Source: Microthyrium microscopicum
Lineage: Eukaryota
NCBI GenBank assembly: GCA_010405405.1
Contig: MU004233.1
Location: 1,191,122-1,255,121 of the forward strand
Direction of reading: 5' to 3'
Length of the DNA: 64,000 nt
In this document: one piece after another, positions 52,480 through 64,000 of the stretch
How positions within the stretch are numbered: position 1 is the first letter of the stretch
How the letters are laid out: each line of letters begins with the position of its first letter
The notes under the pieces: model-generated
What the model was told of the DNA's origin: nothing
The model's database searches: none
Seen by the model: the letters and a program-made list of their open reading frames with translations, nothing else
Position numbers and translations under genes: made by a program

Positions 52480-53364
52480 ATGGCGTCTTCGATCACGCCT
52501 GACTTCTCTACCAATTTGGATACACTTGAAAGAGTGTATCCTATCCGCTTCGCTATCAGTAAGGTTGGCGCGGCAGAGAATCGCGAAGACGTCTTCGATT
52601 CAGGTGAGACGCACGTATCCCATAGCTCTCTTCTTACAAACTGACAGGTTTTATGTACGACGTAGTCAGCAAGGCCTCTACCTCGCACTTCAGCCCTGCA
52701 ATATCATCTTCATCGACTGCTGTACCGGACAGTGATCAAGCAGAGTCGGTGCCAAAGCTCGACAATTCCAACGGGCAAGCTTCGTTTGACGACAAAAGTT
52801 CCAACACTCTCCGGTCGAGCGAGCTCATCCTTATGGACCTTGATGCTAGTCTCCTCTTCCTCTGTGCCGCGCAAGGCTAACATTGTGATTAGATGCCTCC
52901 CGTAGATGGCTATACCTCCACCCACATGATTCGCGAATTCGAGATGGCGCATTCTCATCTACTTTCCAACACTGCACAGGCGTACCGCGTACGGACGGAC
53001 GCCGGTGTTTGCGGTTTCTGTAACTCTGATACCAAATCACTTGGATAAACTTTTGGACACTGGATTCGATGGGTTCGTCGCAAAGCCTGTTGACCATAAG
53101 CGATTGAGTTCATACTTGCGTGAAGCGGTTTCGAAACAAGCTAGGAGGGAGGGAGTATATAAGGAGAATGAATTCTTGCTTGGTGGGTGGTTCCACGAGT
53201 CTTTGGAAGACGCAAGTCGGGTTTTTGATGCTTTAGAGTATCAATTTCAACACCATGATGCGATATACTCAATAACCAAATTAATGCTCAGGTTCAGGGA
53301 CAAATTCAAATTGATGTTATTGAAGTTGTTGCGGGTGAGTTCGGAGTCCACATCATGTATATAG
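52480..53364 (+). pseudogene. Isolated, frameshifted response-regulator receiver domain resembling the C-terminus of fungal phytochromes
   Basis: Reconstructed ELILMDLD|MPPVDGYTSTHMIREFE...AY/GRTPVFAVSVTL...LDTGFDGFVAKPVDHKRL...ARREGVYKENEFLLGGWF. This needs a GC-AG intron (52845-52892) and removal of 7 nt at 52980-52986. Confidence 0.7.
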
Positions 53365-53525
53365 ACGCGTCTGACATGTGCTCAAGGTTAATGCAGCCCT
53401 ACGTAACGTGCTCCACATGGACTTCTTACTTTCCGATGTCCCACTCGCCAACCACCCTTCTTTTACTTCACTGCATGTGAAAGCTTCAATTTGGTCTTTG
53501 AAGCTCCTCAAGATACTCAATTACG

Positions 53526-55370
53526 ATGGATGCAATTGTGGACGTCGCAAGACGCGTTTTGCTCGAACCATTGTCCTTCATCTACCTCGTAATTCAATGG
53601 CTGCTCAGCAAACTATTGTCTCCAACCCCTCCAGCTCCTGGTGGTTCACTACACCGTCCACGAATCGCGGTCATTGGTGCTGGTCTGACTGTGAGAGTTC
53701 ACTTTGAATAAATTTAGAGTTTGACTAAACAATGTAAAGGGTGTGTCAGCCGCGTCGCACTGCATTGGCCATGGATTTGATACTACAATATTTGAGGCTG
53801 GTGATAAAAGCTCCGTTGGAGGTATCTGGACAGTAAGGCAAAATCCAGCTGCTCATGACTGCATACTTACATTGATGTTAGCGAGTAAATAACACATCCG
53901 GTCTCCAAATTCACAGCGTAATGTGAGCCACTTTTCCTCTTCACGACATCGTACCAGTCACGCAGACTAATAAGCTGACCAGGTATCGATTCCATCCCAG
54001 CGTGAAATGGGGAAAGGGATATCCGTCGCGACAGGAAATCGTGAAACAAATCCAGGACTTGTGGAAACGCTACGACCTTGACAAGCACACGCACTTCGAT
54101 ACTAAGGTCAATAAGGTGTATAAGAACAAGAAAGGGCAATGGGTCATCAACGACGAATCGCATGGTACCTTTGATGGTGTTATTGCGGCAGTAGGCACCT
54201 GTGGCGACGCTCAAATCCCACATGTTCCCGGTATGGGGAACTTCAAAGGCAAAATCTACCACTCGTCTGAACTAGATGGCAAAGACGCAAAAGGCAAGAA
54301 GATTGCCATCATTGGCGGTGGAGCCAGCGCTGTTGAAGCTCTGGAATTCGTTGCTAGATCTGAAGCAGAGCATGCGTACATATTGGCGCGATCAGAGAAG
54401 TGGATCCTTCCACGAAATCCGATTATTGATGGGCTTATCAGCATGAACATATACGGTGGCGAAACGATGTTCTCTTGGATCCCCGAATCGCTCCTTCGGA
54501 TATTTTTCTACCGCGACTTGAAGGATCTTGCACCACCACCTGGCTCTAGTGGGTTATTCACCAGCACACCAATGGTCAACACTGAAGTTCTGGACCTCAT
54601 CCGCAACGGAAAGGCCGATTGGCTTCGTGGTGACATCAAGCACTTCTCTGAGGACGGCATTCTGTTTAACAAACGTAGCTCAGGTGTGCCCAAAGGCGGA
54701 CCCGGCAAAGAGATGCAGATTGATGCAGATATTGTCATCATGGCGACTGGCTTTGAACGTCCAAGTCTTAGCTTCCTTCCTGATGACTGCTTTGAGGAAG
54801 GATACGAGCCGCCGAACTGGTATATGCAGGTGTTTCCACCTCAGCATGTTGACATATGTTGTAATAATTGCACATACGTCAATGCGATTGGCACAGGTCA
54901 GTTTTGTAAAGAACATCGGGGCCGCCCATTTCTAACATCTCATAGTCGGGAACTATCACATAGGCATATACACAAGATTCCTTCTGATGTATCTGGTAGA
55001 TCCATTGGCACGACCAAGGGAGCCATTGATGAGGCTTTGGGTACGAAACTCACATCTTACACCTTTTCTTTGCTAACGAAATTAGATCAACATGGTACAG
55101 TTCGTGAAATCTAAGGCTCCCGGGTAAGATATATCAATTCTTTAGAGGACTTGAAGTATTTGTACTAACTGGACTCGCTTTAGTGGTGCATTCGACTTCT
55201 TCACCTACGGAGAGTTGATGTGGTGGTTCTTCTTCACTCTCGCCATCAACCCCTTTCGTTGGAAGTGGGTGTTATTCGTGCTCTTTGGAATTGCTAAAGA
55301 CCTCCCAATGAAAATCGTAAAACAAGAAGATAGATTTCGTAATGGGGCTGGCAGTGATAAAGAGGAGTGA
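53526..55370 (+). CDS. Flavin-containing monooxygenase-like protein (multi-intron)
   Basis: FAD motif IAVIGAGLT|GVSAA, GGIW, FMO fingerprint FKGKIYHSSE, NADPH motif IAIIGGGASA and DIVIMATGF; stop TGA at 55368-55370. Confidence 0.9.
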
Positions 55371-56158
55371 ATTGGTTCGAAGTAACGAGATCTACAAGAT
55401 AGACAGGACCATTGCATCTCAGCGATCATCCATCATGTAGCGATTGTTCTCGCTACAAACCAAGCATACACAGCAATAATACATAGCATTCAGCACACAT
55501 CAGTTGATCTGAGCCCCTCATCCACATTCGCATCTATGATAGCTTCAGAGCTGTTCTTGGGACCGAGCGTAGCTCAGTACCGGCGTTGAAAACAGCTAGC
55601 TGTAGCATGCTCTAGCTGAGCTCCTCGACAGTCGATCTTTGTAAAGCAATTGATTAGAAGGTGTTGTACTTTATGCAAGAGCTTAAGCCTTTGCTTGCAA
55701 ACAAAGTATATGGGGGTGCCTGTCTCTCCTCGATGTCCAGACGACAGTCTCGAACAGGATTATACACGCCTATCTGTGGTTGCCGAGTTGTATTCTCGAA
55801 TACCGGAACACAACCAGACGACTGTCTCTTAGTGCCCATATTTCGATCCCAACGTTCAAGGCACGCCCCTGAGCTTGCTGGTATCCCGCACACATGCTCG
55901 GATCCGTGTCATTAGGATGGATGCTCCCACGTTGTTTGGAAGTAAAGACTCCGATTTGTTCTGTATGCCAGTCTTTTAATCTCAACTACCACTCATCGTG
56001 TCGTTGACCAGTAACTTCTTTCATCAATTCCCGCCTTGCAATCAGCCTTCAAGATGACTCCTCAAGCACTTCGAGCAAATCACTGAGAAGAAGAGCAGCA
56101 TCTGACGCTCTAACATTACGAGCTAGCAAGCTCGCGAGCTGAGCTGACATCCAACATC

Positions 56159-57778
56159 ATGTCTGGAGACCGACCCCTGTTACACGATACTCGCCATCGA
56201 AACCACTCGGGAGATGTTGCGATATGGGTGCCTATCGGGTGCATTGCCTCCCTGCTCTCAGTTATACTGAGAATATATGTATCGTTGAGAAAACAGAAAC
56301 AGTTGGGAGCCGATGATAATCTCCTCCTCCTTTGCTTCGTAAGCAATCCATCAGCTCACAATTCACTTACGGATAATGAACCGTGCTAAGTTCTGATTTG
56401 CGTACTACAGGTCATTGTCATAGCACAAAGCGCGATGCTATGTATGGGCATTCGAGCGACCCACGGCCTGCCCTTCCAAGACCTACCCCCCAAGAGTCTA
56501 AATCTAGTCTTCGTATATGGCTATGCGGCCTCGATATTAGCCAACAGCTCGATGGCGCTCGCAAAAGCATCGGTGGTGGAACTTTATCGCCGAATCAACG
56601 TATACCAAAGTTCTCGCCGAATATCGATAATACTCCACCTTATGATTATATTATGGTTTCTATTCACTTTATTTGCAATCACTTTTCGATGTAAACTACC
56701 AGCGCCTTGGTTCTACACTTCAGATCGATGTATGGCATCTTGGCCAATATTCGTTTCAGTGGTCACTACCAATATTTTTACGGATTTGGTTATTGTACTT
56801 CATGTGATACCGGGTCTTTGGAGGCTGCAGACGTCTAGGAAGCTTAGGATTGGACTTATTATACTTTTCGGTTCTAGGTTACTGTAAGTCTTAACCAGAA
56901 AGCGCATAACGTCCAATTTCTAACTTGCGGTTAGAGTTTGTATACCAAGCTTTGTCAGAATTGCTATTGTCGGATCACCTACATTTAGTCATGTAGATGG
57001 AACTGGCATGTACACAAGACTCTCAATTCTTCAAAAGTAAGTGACTATCATTGTCGTCAGGGAGTCGTTGATACTGATGAGCTGTAGTGTTGAGTTACAT
57101 GTTTCGATCATTACGGCCAACTTTCCTCGAATACAGTCCTTGTTTACGAGTTTTCGATCAGACAGAAGCGCAGGACGGAATCTTCCCAGCGCTAGTCAAT
57201 CTGGTACACCTTCAAGACGGGATACCTTTGTTAGCACACATACTTACGACACTGCAAATACGATATTTACTGGCAAATCCTTGCCTCAGTCATTTCCTGC
57301 TGCCAGCTTTCCACAGTTTGGTGGGCCTATGATGCTAGGTAAGGCCAAATTCACTGGAGCAAAACCAGTTCCTTCTCGAACCATACTTCTGGTATATCAT
57401 ATGCTGATAATACTCAATGCTGACTTTGCCCCAGTTCCACAGCTCCCAACAGAGCTCCACACTTCCATTTCCAGCAACAACCGCCTTCGCAGCCACTCAA
57501 GCGCATGGTCCATAACAAGCTGCATGGACCGAAGAATGGAACGATTCAACAACCGCAATTATACGAGACCACCTAGCTTGGAAGATGCACGAAACCTTAC
57601 TTCAACACCAAGACGCAGCGAGGCGACAATGCGCAACTTCAGCTCAGATATCATAGTAGATCTTGAGATCACTCGGCGAGAATCATTCCATGGCACGAAT
57701 GGGGCAGAGGAAGTTCCTGACGTACCGGATAGATGGATACTGAAGCAGTATGGACCGACTGATCATGATTTCGCATGA
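56159..57778 (+). CDS. PTH11-like (fungal rhodopsin-domain) integral membrane protein without CFEM; 3' exon structure uncertain
   Basis: LRIYV...LGADD, AKASVVELYRRI, FRCKLPAPW, NIFTDLVIV..VIPGLWRLQ...LFGSRLL and VELHVSIITANFPRI. Confidence 0.8.
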
Positions 57779-57862
57779 TATCTCTATGTTGGCTAGTCTC
57801 AATATGGAAGATATCATTAATATTATACATAATTGCCTCATTGATTAAATATTATGGGAAGG

Positions 57863-60498
57863 TCAGCGATCGAAATACACTGCAGGTGGTCTCCTATCCA
57901 CACTTGATTGTGTAGGCGGCGGACCGTATGTATCTCCAGACGATGGCCGATCGTTGAAGCTGCCAGTGCCTCCTGGTGAAGTCACAGTCAGATGGTCCTT
58001 TGAATAATGAGTCGTTTCAGCCTCGGTGGGCTGTACGGCTTCATCTTCTCGCTGTCTTGGCCTAGTCCTGTTGTTCTTGAGTCGTTGCATTTCGTCAAGG
58101 AACACCGCTGTGTCTGCGTCTAGATGTCTGAACCATGTCCAGGGACGGATGAAATGTGAGAAGGGGCGTGAGAAGAGTTTGATGAGAATGTAGACAATGA
58201 AGCAGATGATGACCTTGATAAACACATTAGTTTGAGTAGGAGTGGCTGGAATTGTGGAACTTACTGCAGCGTATGCACTAGCAACTTTGCCGAAATTGGC
58301 ACGAGTCTCCCACCAGGTCGTGCTGGCAAAGGCAAGAATCAGGATACATCCGAACAAGCCGATGTAAGCGAGGGCTGGCTGTCCCAGAGATAGAAACGTT
58401 GACGCATTGTAATCGGCATGCGAACGTAGGTACTCTGGAGCGTCATTCGTGATACCAGTCTTGCAGATATTGAGCCTATTGCTGTTAGATCAAGCTTGCC
58501 ACAAATCGACTTCGAGTACTTACCATTGCTTATAACGAATATATGCTAGGCATACAGAAGCCCAGACCATGACAACAGCAACACTGCCTGATATAGATAT
58601 GATCTGAATGAACTCTTGGATAGGATACCCTTTGATGAGCTGCAGATATGGTAACCAGAGGAATGAAATGAAAGAGAAAAGGATAGCAGGCACGGGCACT
58701 TTGCGTCCATTCGTCTTTGCGAGAACTCGAAGTCGTCTAGTGAACCAATTTTGAGCTCCTGCCATTCTAAGTTCTTGAGTCATGCCAAAAAGTGTTCTGC
58801 TAGCGACATAAAGCGATGTGTTTGCAGCAGACATGGAGCTAAATATCAAGCATCCGTTAAGGAATGAGGCCATTGTCTTGTAGCCAGCATAATATGTTGC
58901 TCGAATGACAATGCTGCTTGACGGTGGGTCTTGCGGTGCTGCTATATCGCTCGCGCCAATTCCCGAGTAGATTGCTGGCAGGTTCTGGTCAGTCCAGTGT
59001 ACGTTGAGCGACTCGCCGATTGTGACCATCAGATATATGATGCAAGTGAATATGGCCACCGAACGAGCAGGCCATTTGAGATTCTTTGGATCAATGGTTT
59101 CATAGGCAGTAAGTCCAATGATTTCGATGCCCAGAAAGCCATAGGCAATAATGGGGAAACAGTAGCTGTAAAGACATTAGCTTGATTTTGACTTAACTCC
59201 GAGAGCATTTCAAAAGCTTACCAAATAGCGCTGACGGAATCGCTCACGTATCTGGCGTCGTGATGGACGCCTTCAGTGATGTAATCATTTCCATCTGCGA
59301 TGTGTTAGCATATATCTGCCAAAGTCGGGAATAAATGTCATACCTTTACCCGCGATATAATAGAGGAAAATGCTGACACCAACAACAAGAAAGATTTTCA
59401 GAAGACCACCGATGGTCTCAATCAATCCATACCAGAAAACTCCGGCAAGATTGATAATGGTGAGAGTGATGGGAACAAGAGTGTAGAAGACAACCGCTTG
59501 CCATGTCTTGCTTAGCCCCCAATAACCTGCGAGCGAAGCGGCCGCAAGACTCTGATTTGCGAATATGGAGGCATACGCATACCAGTATGCGATACTAGTA
59601 ACCCAGGCAAGGTCTGGATCTACAAAGACCCTCACGTATACGTTGATTGCGTTGTAAACGGGAAACTTCTGGACAAGTTCTCCTAAACATTCTCCTACTG
59701 CTATGGCGATAACGCACATAAGCAAAAACGCTATGAGAAGACCTCCCGGTCCTATAGAGTATTAGCACAAAGCGTTTTCGGTTGAATATATCATGTTTTC
59801 AGAAATTGATGACAGGAGTGCGCAGCTTCATGACAGCCAACAGGTCGACAAAAATCAATGGCACCCTCCCATCAAGTGCTATGGCTCTCCACAATGCTGC
59901 TGAGCAAAAGATGCCATAGTTTCTACGTGTTCGATGAACACATATACGCCTGCCTTGCGGCGTAAGATACTCGAAGCTAGAACGTAGCATATGGGGGCCA
60001 GCGAAGCTAAGGGAACTGTGCAATTATCTTGTTTATCGGTTGAAAGCCTACTTTGTCCTGACAAGCAACAAGTAGAATCAGGAACAGAGGGTTTGTTGTT
60101 TGCAAGGGCTGCAATAAGAAAATGATGTCGTTTGTTAAACAAGAAGACATACCTGCGAGTTCTAGGGCGGATCCATTGTTGCTGAAAACGCCAGCTCCAA
60201 TGATGCCGGATATTACGATCGACTACAAACGCGATTAATATGTAAGGCATATTCTCAAACGAGGTGGCTTTCACATACGAAAACCTGAATCCCATAGAGC
60301 TTTTTACTGTTGGCAGTTAGCAAGGCGTTTTGTTTGAATCCTCTCGTGCTCAATTCTTGAAATAACTGAGGCTGACACCAGCCCAATTTCTGCGGTGCTC
60401 CAAGAGGGCTTGCTGCAAAAGATGAAAGCGGAGAGAACTCACTCTAGTTCTTGATATTCCAGACGTGGTGCTTGGACTATGAGCCTGGGTTTCGGCAT
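57863..60498 (-). CDS. APC-superfamily amino-acid permease (divergent YAT-like); 5' end uncertain, multiple introns
   Basis: Spliced KLYGIQVF|SIVISGIIGAGVFSNNGSALELA|GPGGLLIAF...GECLGELVQKFP, FVDPDLAW, INLAGVFWYGLIE and SAANTSLYVASRTLFGM...KVPVPAIL. Confidence 0.88.
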
Positions 60499-61310
60499 GA
60501 TAACTCTCAGTTAGCGCATCAAGATGCTTGAAACATGTTTGCACGGGATCCCTGGCCAGACTTATATGAAGATGAGCAATCGCCGCGACACGCGAGAGAT
60601 CTGGGGAAAGGGGAGCAACTCAGTAACAGGGCGAAAAGAGCCTTGCGGCTGAGTCCTCAACGCCTCATTTGATCGCGCGCTGGGAGTGGTCAATTTATTG
60701 ACTACTGGTAAGAAAAAGAAAGGTGCGACATAAGTTCGCGAACCACCGTAGCCCAATCTGGCGACTAATGGGACTTGGGCGTGGCGCAGCCGACTGGGCA
60801 GCAGCAATGAAGCAGTGGGGATACAAAAGAAGCTCGTACTTTCAACAGGGTGTGGTTACTGGCTGCCAATAGACATTGCGAACATGGTTGAACTGGGCGC
60901 TTATGAGGAGGAGATATTCCCTGATTTAGCAGCACAAAAAGCTACCAGAATATTGGTAAATATCTACATCAAAGTAGAGCAGGTAAAGTAAGGATGAGAA
61001 CCCGAGCTTCTAGATCCGAGTGTTGAATGTCAGTATCCGCTCTCCCACGCTGTTGCTGGCAGCTGCAAGTTGTGTTCGACGTCGCAACTGGCCATCGCAT
61101 TCCCTTTTGGTCATTTGCATTTACCTCTGTAATCCCACTCTGACTGTCTGACTACTCCTCTCACCTGAAAATTAGGCAGAGGCCGCCGCTTTCCCCTCCA
61201 TTTAAATCCAAGCTCCACGTCACGGGTGCGGCTCAAGTGAAGAGTATAAGATAAAGCCCGTCGCCATACAACAAATTACACTCATCAGCTTGCAAACCCG
61301 TTATCGTGAA

Positions 61311-61783
61311 ATGACAGAAACCAAGCTCCAACAGAACGTTATTGGAAGTACACAAGCTGGATACGTCCTAACGACCGACGAAGTACGGGCCTATCTACAA
61401 GAAAAATATCCCACTGCGACGTACGGCGCAATCGACTTTGGTCTCTACGTAAGTTCTTGCGCCCTTGACGAGAGTGTTGGACGAAATCTGAGAATGTGAT
61501 CGCAGAAACGTGCAGATCGCTTTTACTTCTGGGGTCCAGAATCATTGTCCAAGGTAAGTTCCATCTGACAATTAACAAATGATCCTCTTGTATCTATCTA
61601 ACTCCGTGACAGGAGGAGAAGAAGTGAGTGACTCCCGGTACCAGAGCTCGTGGGCAGGCAGAGCCTCCGCATGTGCTTGGCTACTAGTAATTGTCCGCGC
61701 CCAACTAACCTGATTGCAGACAAATGGTAATCGATATTGGTGAGAAACGTCAGGAACCAGAGGACGAGGCTGCTGAGTCCTAG
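61311..61783 (+). CDS. Small 86-aa hypothetical protein, 4 exons (61311-61448, 61506-61553, 61613-61623, 61720-61783)
   Basis: Three introns with GTAAGT/GTAAGT/GTGAGT donors and CAG acceptors (CTAAC branch sites in introns 2 and 3) splice in frame to MTETKLQQNVIGSTQAGYVLTTDEVRAYLQEKYPTATYGAIDFGLYKRADRFYFWGPESLSKEEKKQMVIDIGEKRQEPEDEAAES*. Confidence 0.75.
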
Positions 61784-62315
61784 CGGATTGAAAACCGCAG
61801 GAGGTGACACGGTAGCAATCGATACTAGTATAGTTGGAGACTGTCATAAACCAATTCATCTTTTGACTCTTCCATCCCTTCGTCATCTCTTCCTTGCCCT
61901 TGCGCGTTTGAATAATAATCACTGATTAGCCTTAAAAAGTGCTCAGCATTTGAGTAAATGATTGACCCGACCATGCCACCCTGCGTTGGAAGCGCTAGCC
62001 GAATTAGGACTCAAGGCAGAGTTGAGACATCGCATGGCGTTGGCGGCGCGTCCAACTTCCCAAGCTGGGCTTTAACATTGAAGACTGCCTCTTCATCCCA
62101 TGACATTCTTGCTTCGGCCTCTCAAACTGCGCCTCGGTAATCAGTCTCTCATCAAAGAGAGTAAATCACTGCTAGGGCGCAATAACTTTCATGAGGCTCA
62201 CTCTGTCTCGGGATCAACAACGCCACATACAGTGCAAGACGAACGTCAAATAAAGCATATACCTCTCGACATGCCTCAGTAAAATGGTACTTTGAGAACC
62301 TTCAACCCTCGAGTC

Positions 62316-63957
62316 ATGGCTCTTTCGGACGACTGGAATAGTGTGACTTTCAGCGCTGATGTTTGCGATGCGACCACTTTGGATGTAGGAGGGCTATTGA
62401 ACACCATCGAGGCCAGACGCCGAAGCATATTTACCAAATTGGACAAACTGAATGTTCGAGTCACGGATGTGACAAGTGACGGTAATTTTCTTGGTTCATT
62501 CTCACGAAATCCAGCTTAATATTCAATAGGCCTTGTCGCGTCGAGTATATGTCGAAATTCACAACAACTCCACACGAAAGCAGGGCCAGATAGTCAACGA
62601 GGTCGCGTGAGGATAATGTAAGCACTTTGGTCTTGATTTGGACGTTTGACTAATACTGCACAGTTCTATATACGCAAGGAGCACTATTGAACCACTCCAA
62701 ATTACTTCCAGCTCCATGCAAAGCTTGCTGAAGGAATACGATGTACATCCCGAATTTCTCAAAACCGTCCTTGCCTTCGGAATCGAGCCCAACGTTGCAG
62801 ATTGTGCCAGTAGCACCCTGAACGTCAAATGGCCATCAGAAACCAGATCATGTAAGACTTCAGTGTGAACTCTAAAGCTCTCACCTAATTTTATAGGCAT
62901 TTCTTATCTTCTGAACTATGTTGAAGAGAATCACCGGAATCCATCAAAACCATGGTCATTTCGACGAACAGCAGTATATCACGACCAACAAGCGGACTTT
63001 GATTTCTTTCTTTTACTCCACCCAAACAACACCGATACGTTTAGCAGAAGGGTTGAGCGGTTATTTATGCCCTCAATACCAAGAGAAGTAAATCTCGATG
63101 CTCAAAAACTGGCTCTTGATCCTTCCCGACTACATTTACTTGTACTTTCTTCATATGTCGAGAATTGGAGGCCATACATAACTTTTCTCGCCGATTCTTG
63201 GGAGGATGAAAACGACTTGGCTCTAGGTGTAGAGCCACAAAAAGCTCAACCACAAGATAGCTTCTATCGAGTGCAAGAGCTACGAAACATTAATGACCTT
63301 GCATGCTTTGTTTTAGCGAGTACCTCTGGCACATTGGATTTGATTACTAGACTCAAAGATAGCTCGGAGAGTATCTTGAAGAATAATACTGAATTGGAGT
63401 CGTACTCCACTTCGGTATCTGGCAGCATAGCAAGCTGCAATGCTTTCATTCCGAGGATACGTAACACAATAGACCTTGTAAGTCTCCAATCGTTTCAAAA
63501 CGCATACCTAGAGTTAACGTTTTACTAGGTGGGCTACACGTTAACTCTACACAACCAACTAGAGACAGCCAAGGTGGATGAAGCTTTAAAACTAGTGACG
63601 GAAGAGCTTCGTGATCTGACAAAGAACACTGTCGATGATAGTGCCACCGTCAAAATCGTGACATTGCTATCCACGTTATACTTGCCCGGTAGCTTCATCG
63701 CTGTAAGTGCCACTTCAAGCTTGTTTTGCATAGAAATGCTAACCAAACAGTCCGTGTACGGTATGAACTTCTTCGTCTTTGACACGACCACGAGGAGGAT
63801 TGTCATTGGACATGACTTTTGGGTCTTCATTCTCACCTGGCTGCCTTTGACATTGATCACGGGCCTAGGCTTCTATTTGATGCGATATCCGGGTCTATTC
63901 AACAAACCGAAGAAGCGACAGGCCCACGTAAAGGCCATCAACAGTGAGAAGGTTTAG
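62316..63957 (+). CDS. Fungal CorA-like domain protein (divergent 2-TM-GxN family), ~6 exons
   Basis: N-terminal domain VHPEFLKTVLAFG and SYLLNYVEENHRNPSKPWSFRRTAVYH; coiled-coil stalk; DDSATVKIVTLLSTLYLPGSFIA...YGMNFF...FWVFILTWLPLTLIT (two TM helices with the GMN motif). Confidence 0.85.
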
Positions 63958-64000
63958 ACCGGAGCAGCAGTTATCAGATTTACAAATTCTGATACCCTGA

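Noticed and set aside
40352..53364. A light-response cluster (hydrophobin, bli-3, phytochrome-type receiver)
   Set aside because: The genes are separated by unrelated housekeeping genes and no shared regulatory motif was identified; proximity alone is insufficient.
46501..55370. Secondary-metabolite cluster (MFS + FMO)
   Set aside because: No backbone enzyme (PKS, NRPS, terpene synthase, DMATS) in the window, and the genes are interspersed with core genes.

Overview
Eukaryotic, intron-containing sequence from a filamentous ascomycete (Pezizomycotina, inferred from short GT-AG introns with CTRAC branch sites, a Zn2Cys6 factor, a PTH11-like receptor and RIP). About 20 genes are supported. Housekeeping genes include SEC18/NSF, the complex I 24-kDa subunit, RFA1, a Scp3/Lee1-like CCCH protein, Avo2-like, RPN3, SPC34, a PCI/Thp1-like protein and bli-3. 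Accessory genes include a secreted Ser/Thr-rich protein, a hydrophobin, an MFS transporter, an FMO, a PTH11-like protein, an amino-acid permease, a CorA-like protein and an 86-aa multi-exon protein. The centre holds a 9.8-kb RIP-destroyed hAT transposon (23038-32873; 22-bp TIRs, 8-bp TSD) in which about 6 kb is not explained by the transposase. It is followed by a gene-poor tract containing a 744-bp Mutator-like element with a 10-bp TSD. Most notable: (i) a permease / small protein / CorA-like three-gene module at the right end; (ii) an acidic hydrophobin resembling basidiomycete SC3-type proteins; (iii) the oversized hAT element; (iv) an isolated, frameshifted phytochrome-type receiver domain. 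All exon boundaries and family calls were made by eye, without database searches.
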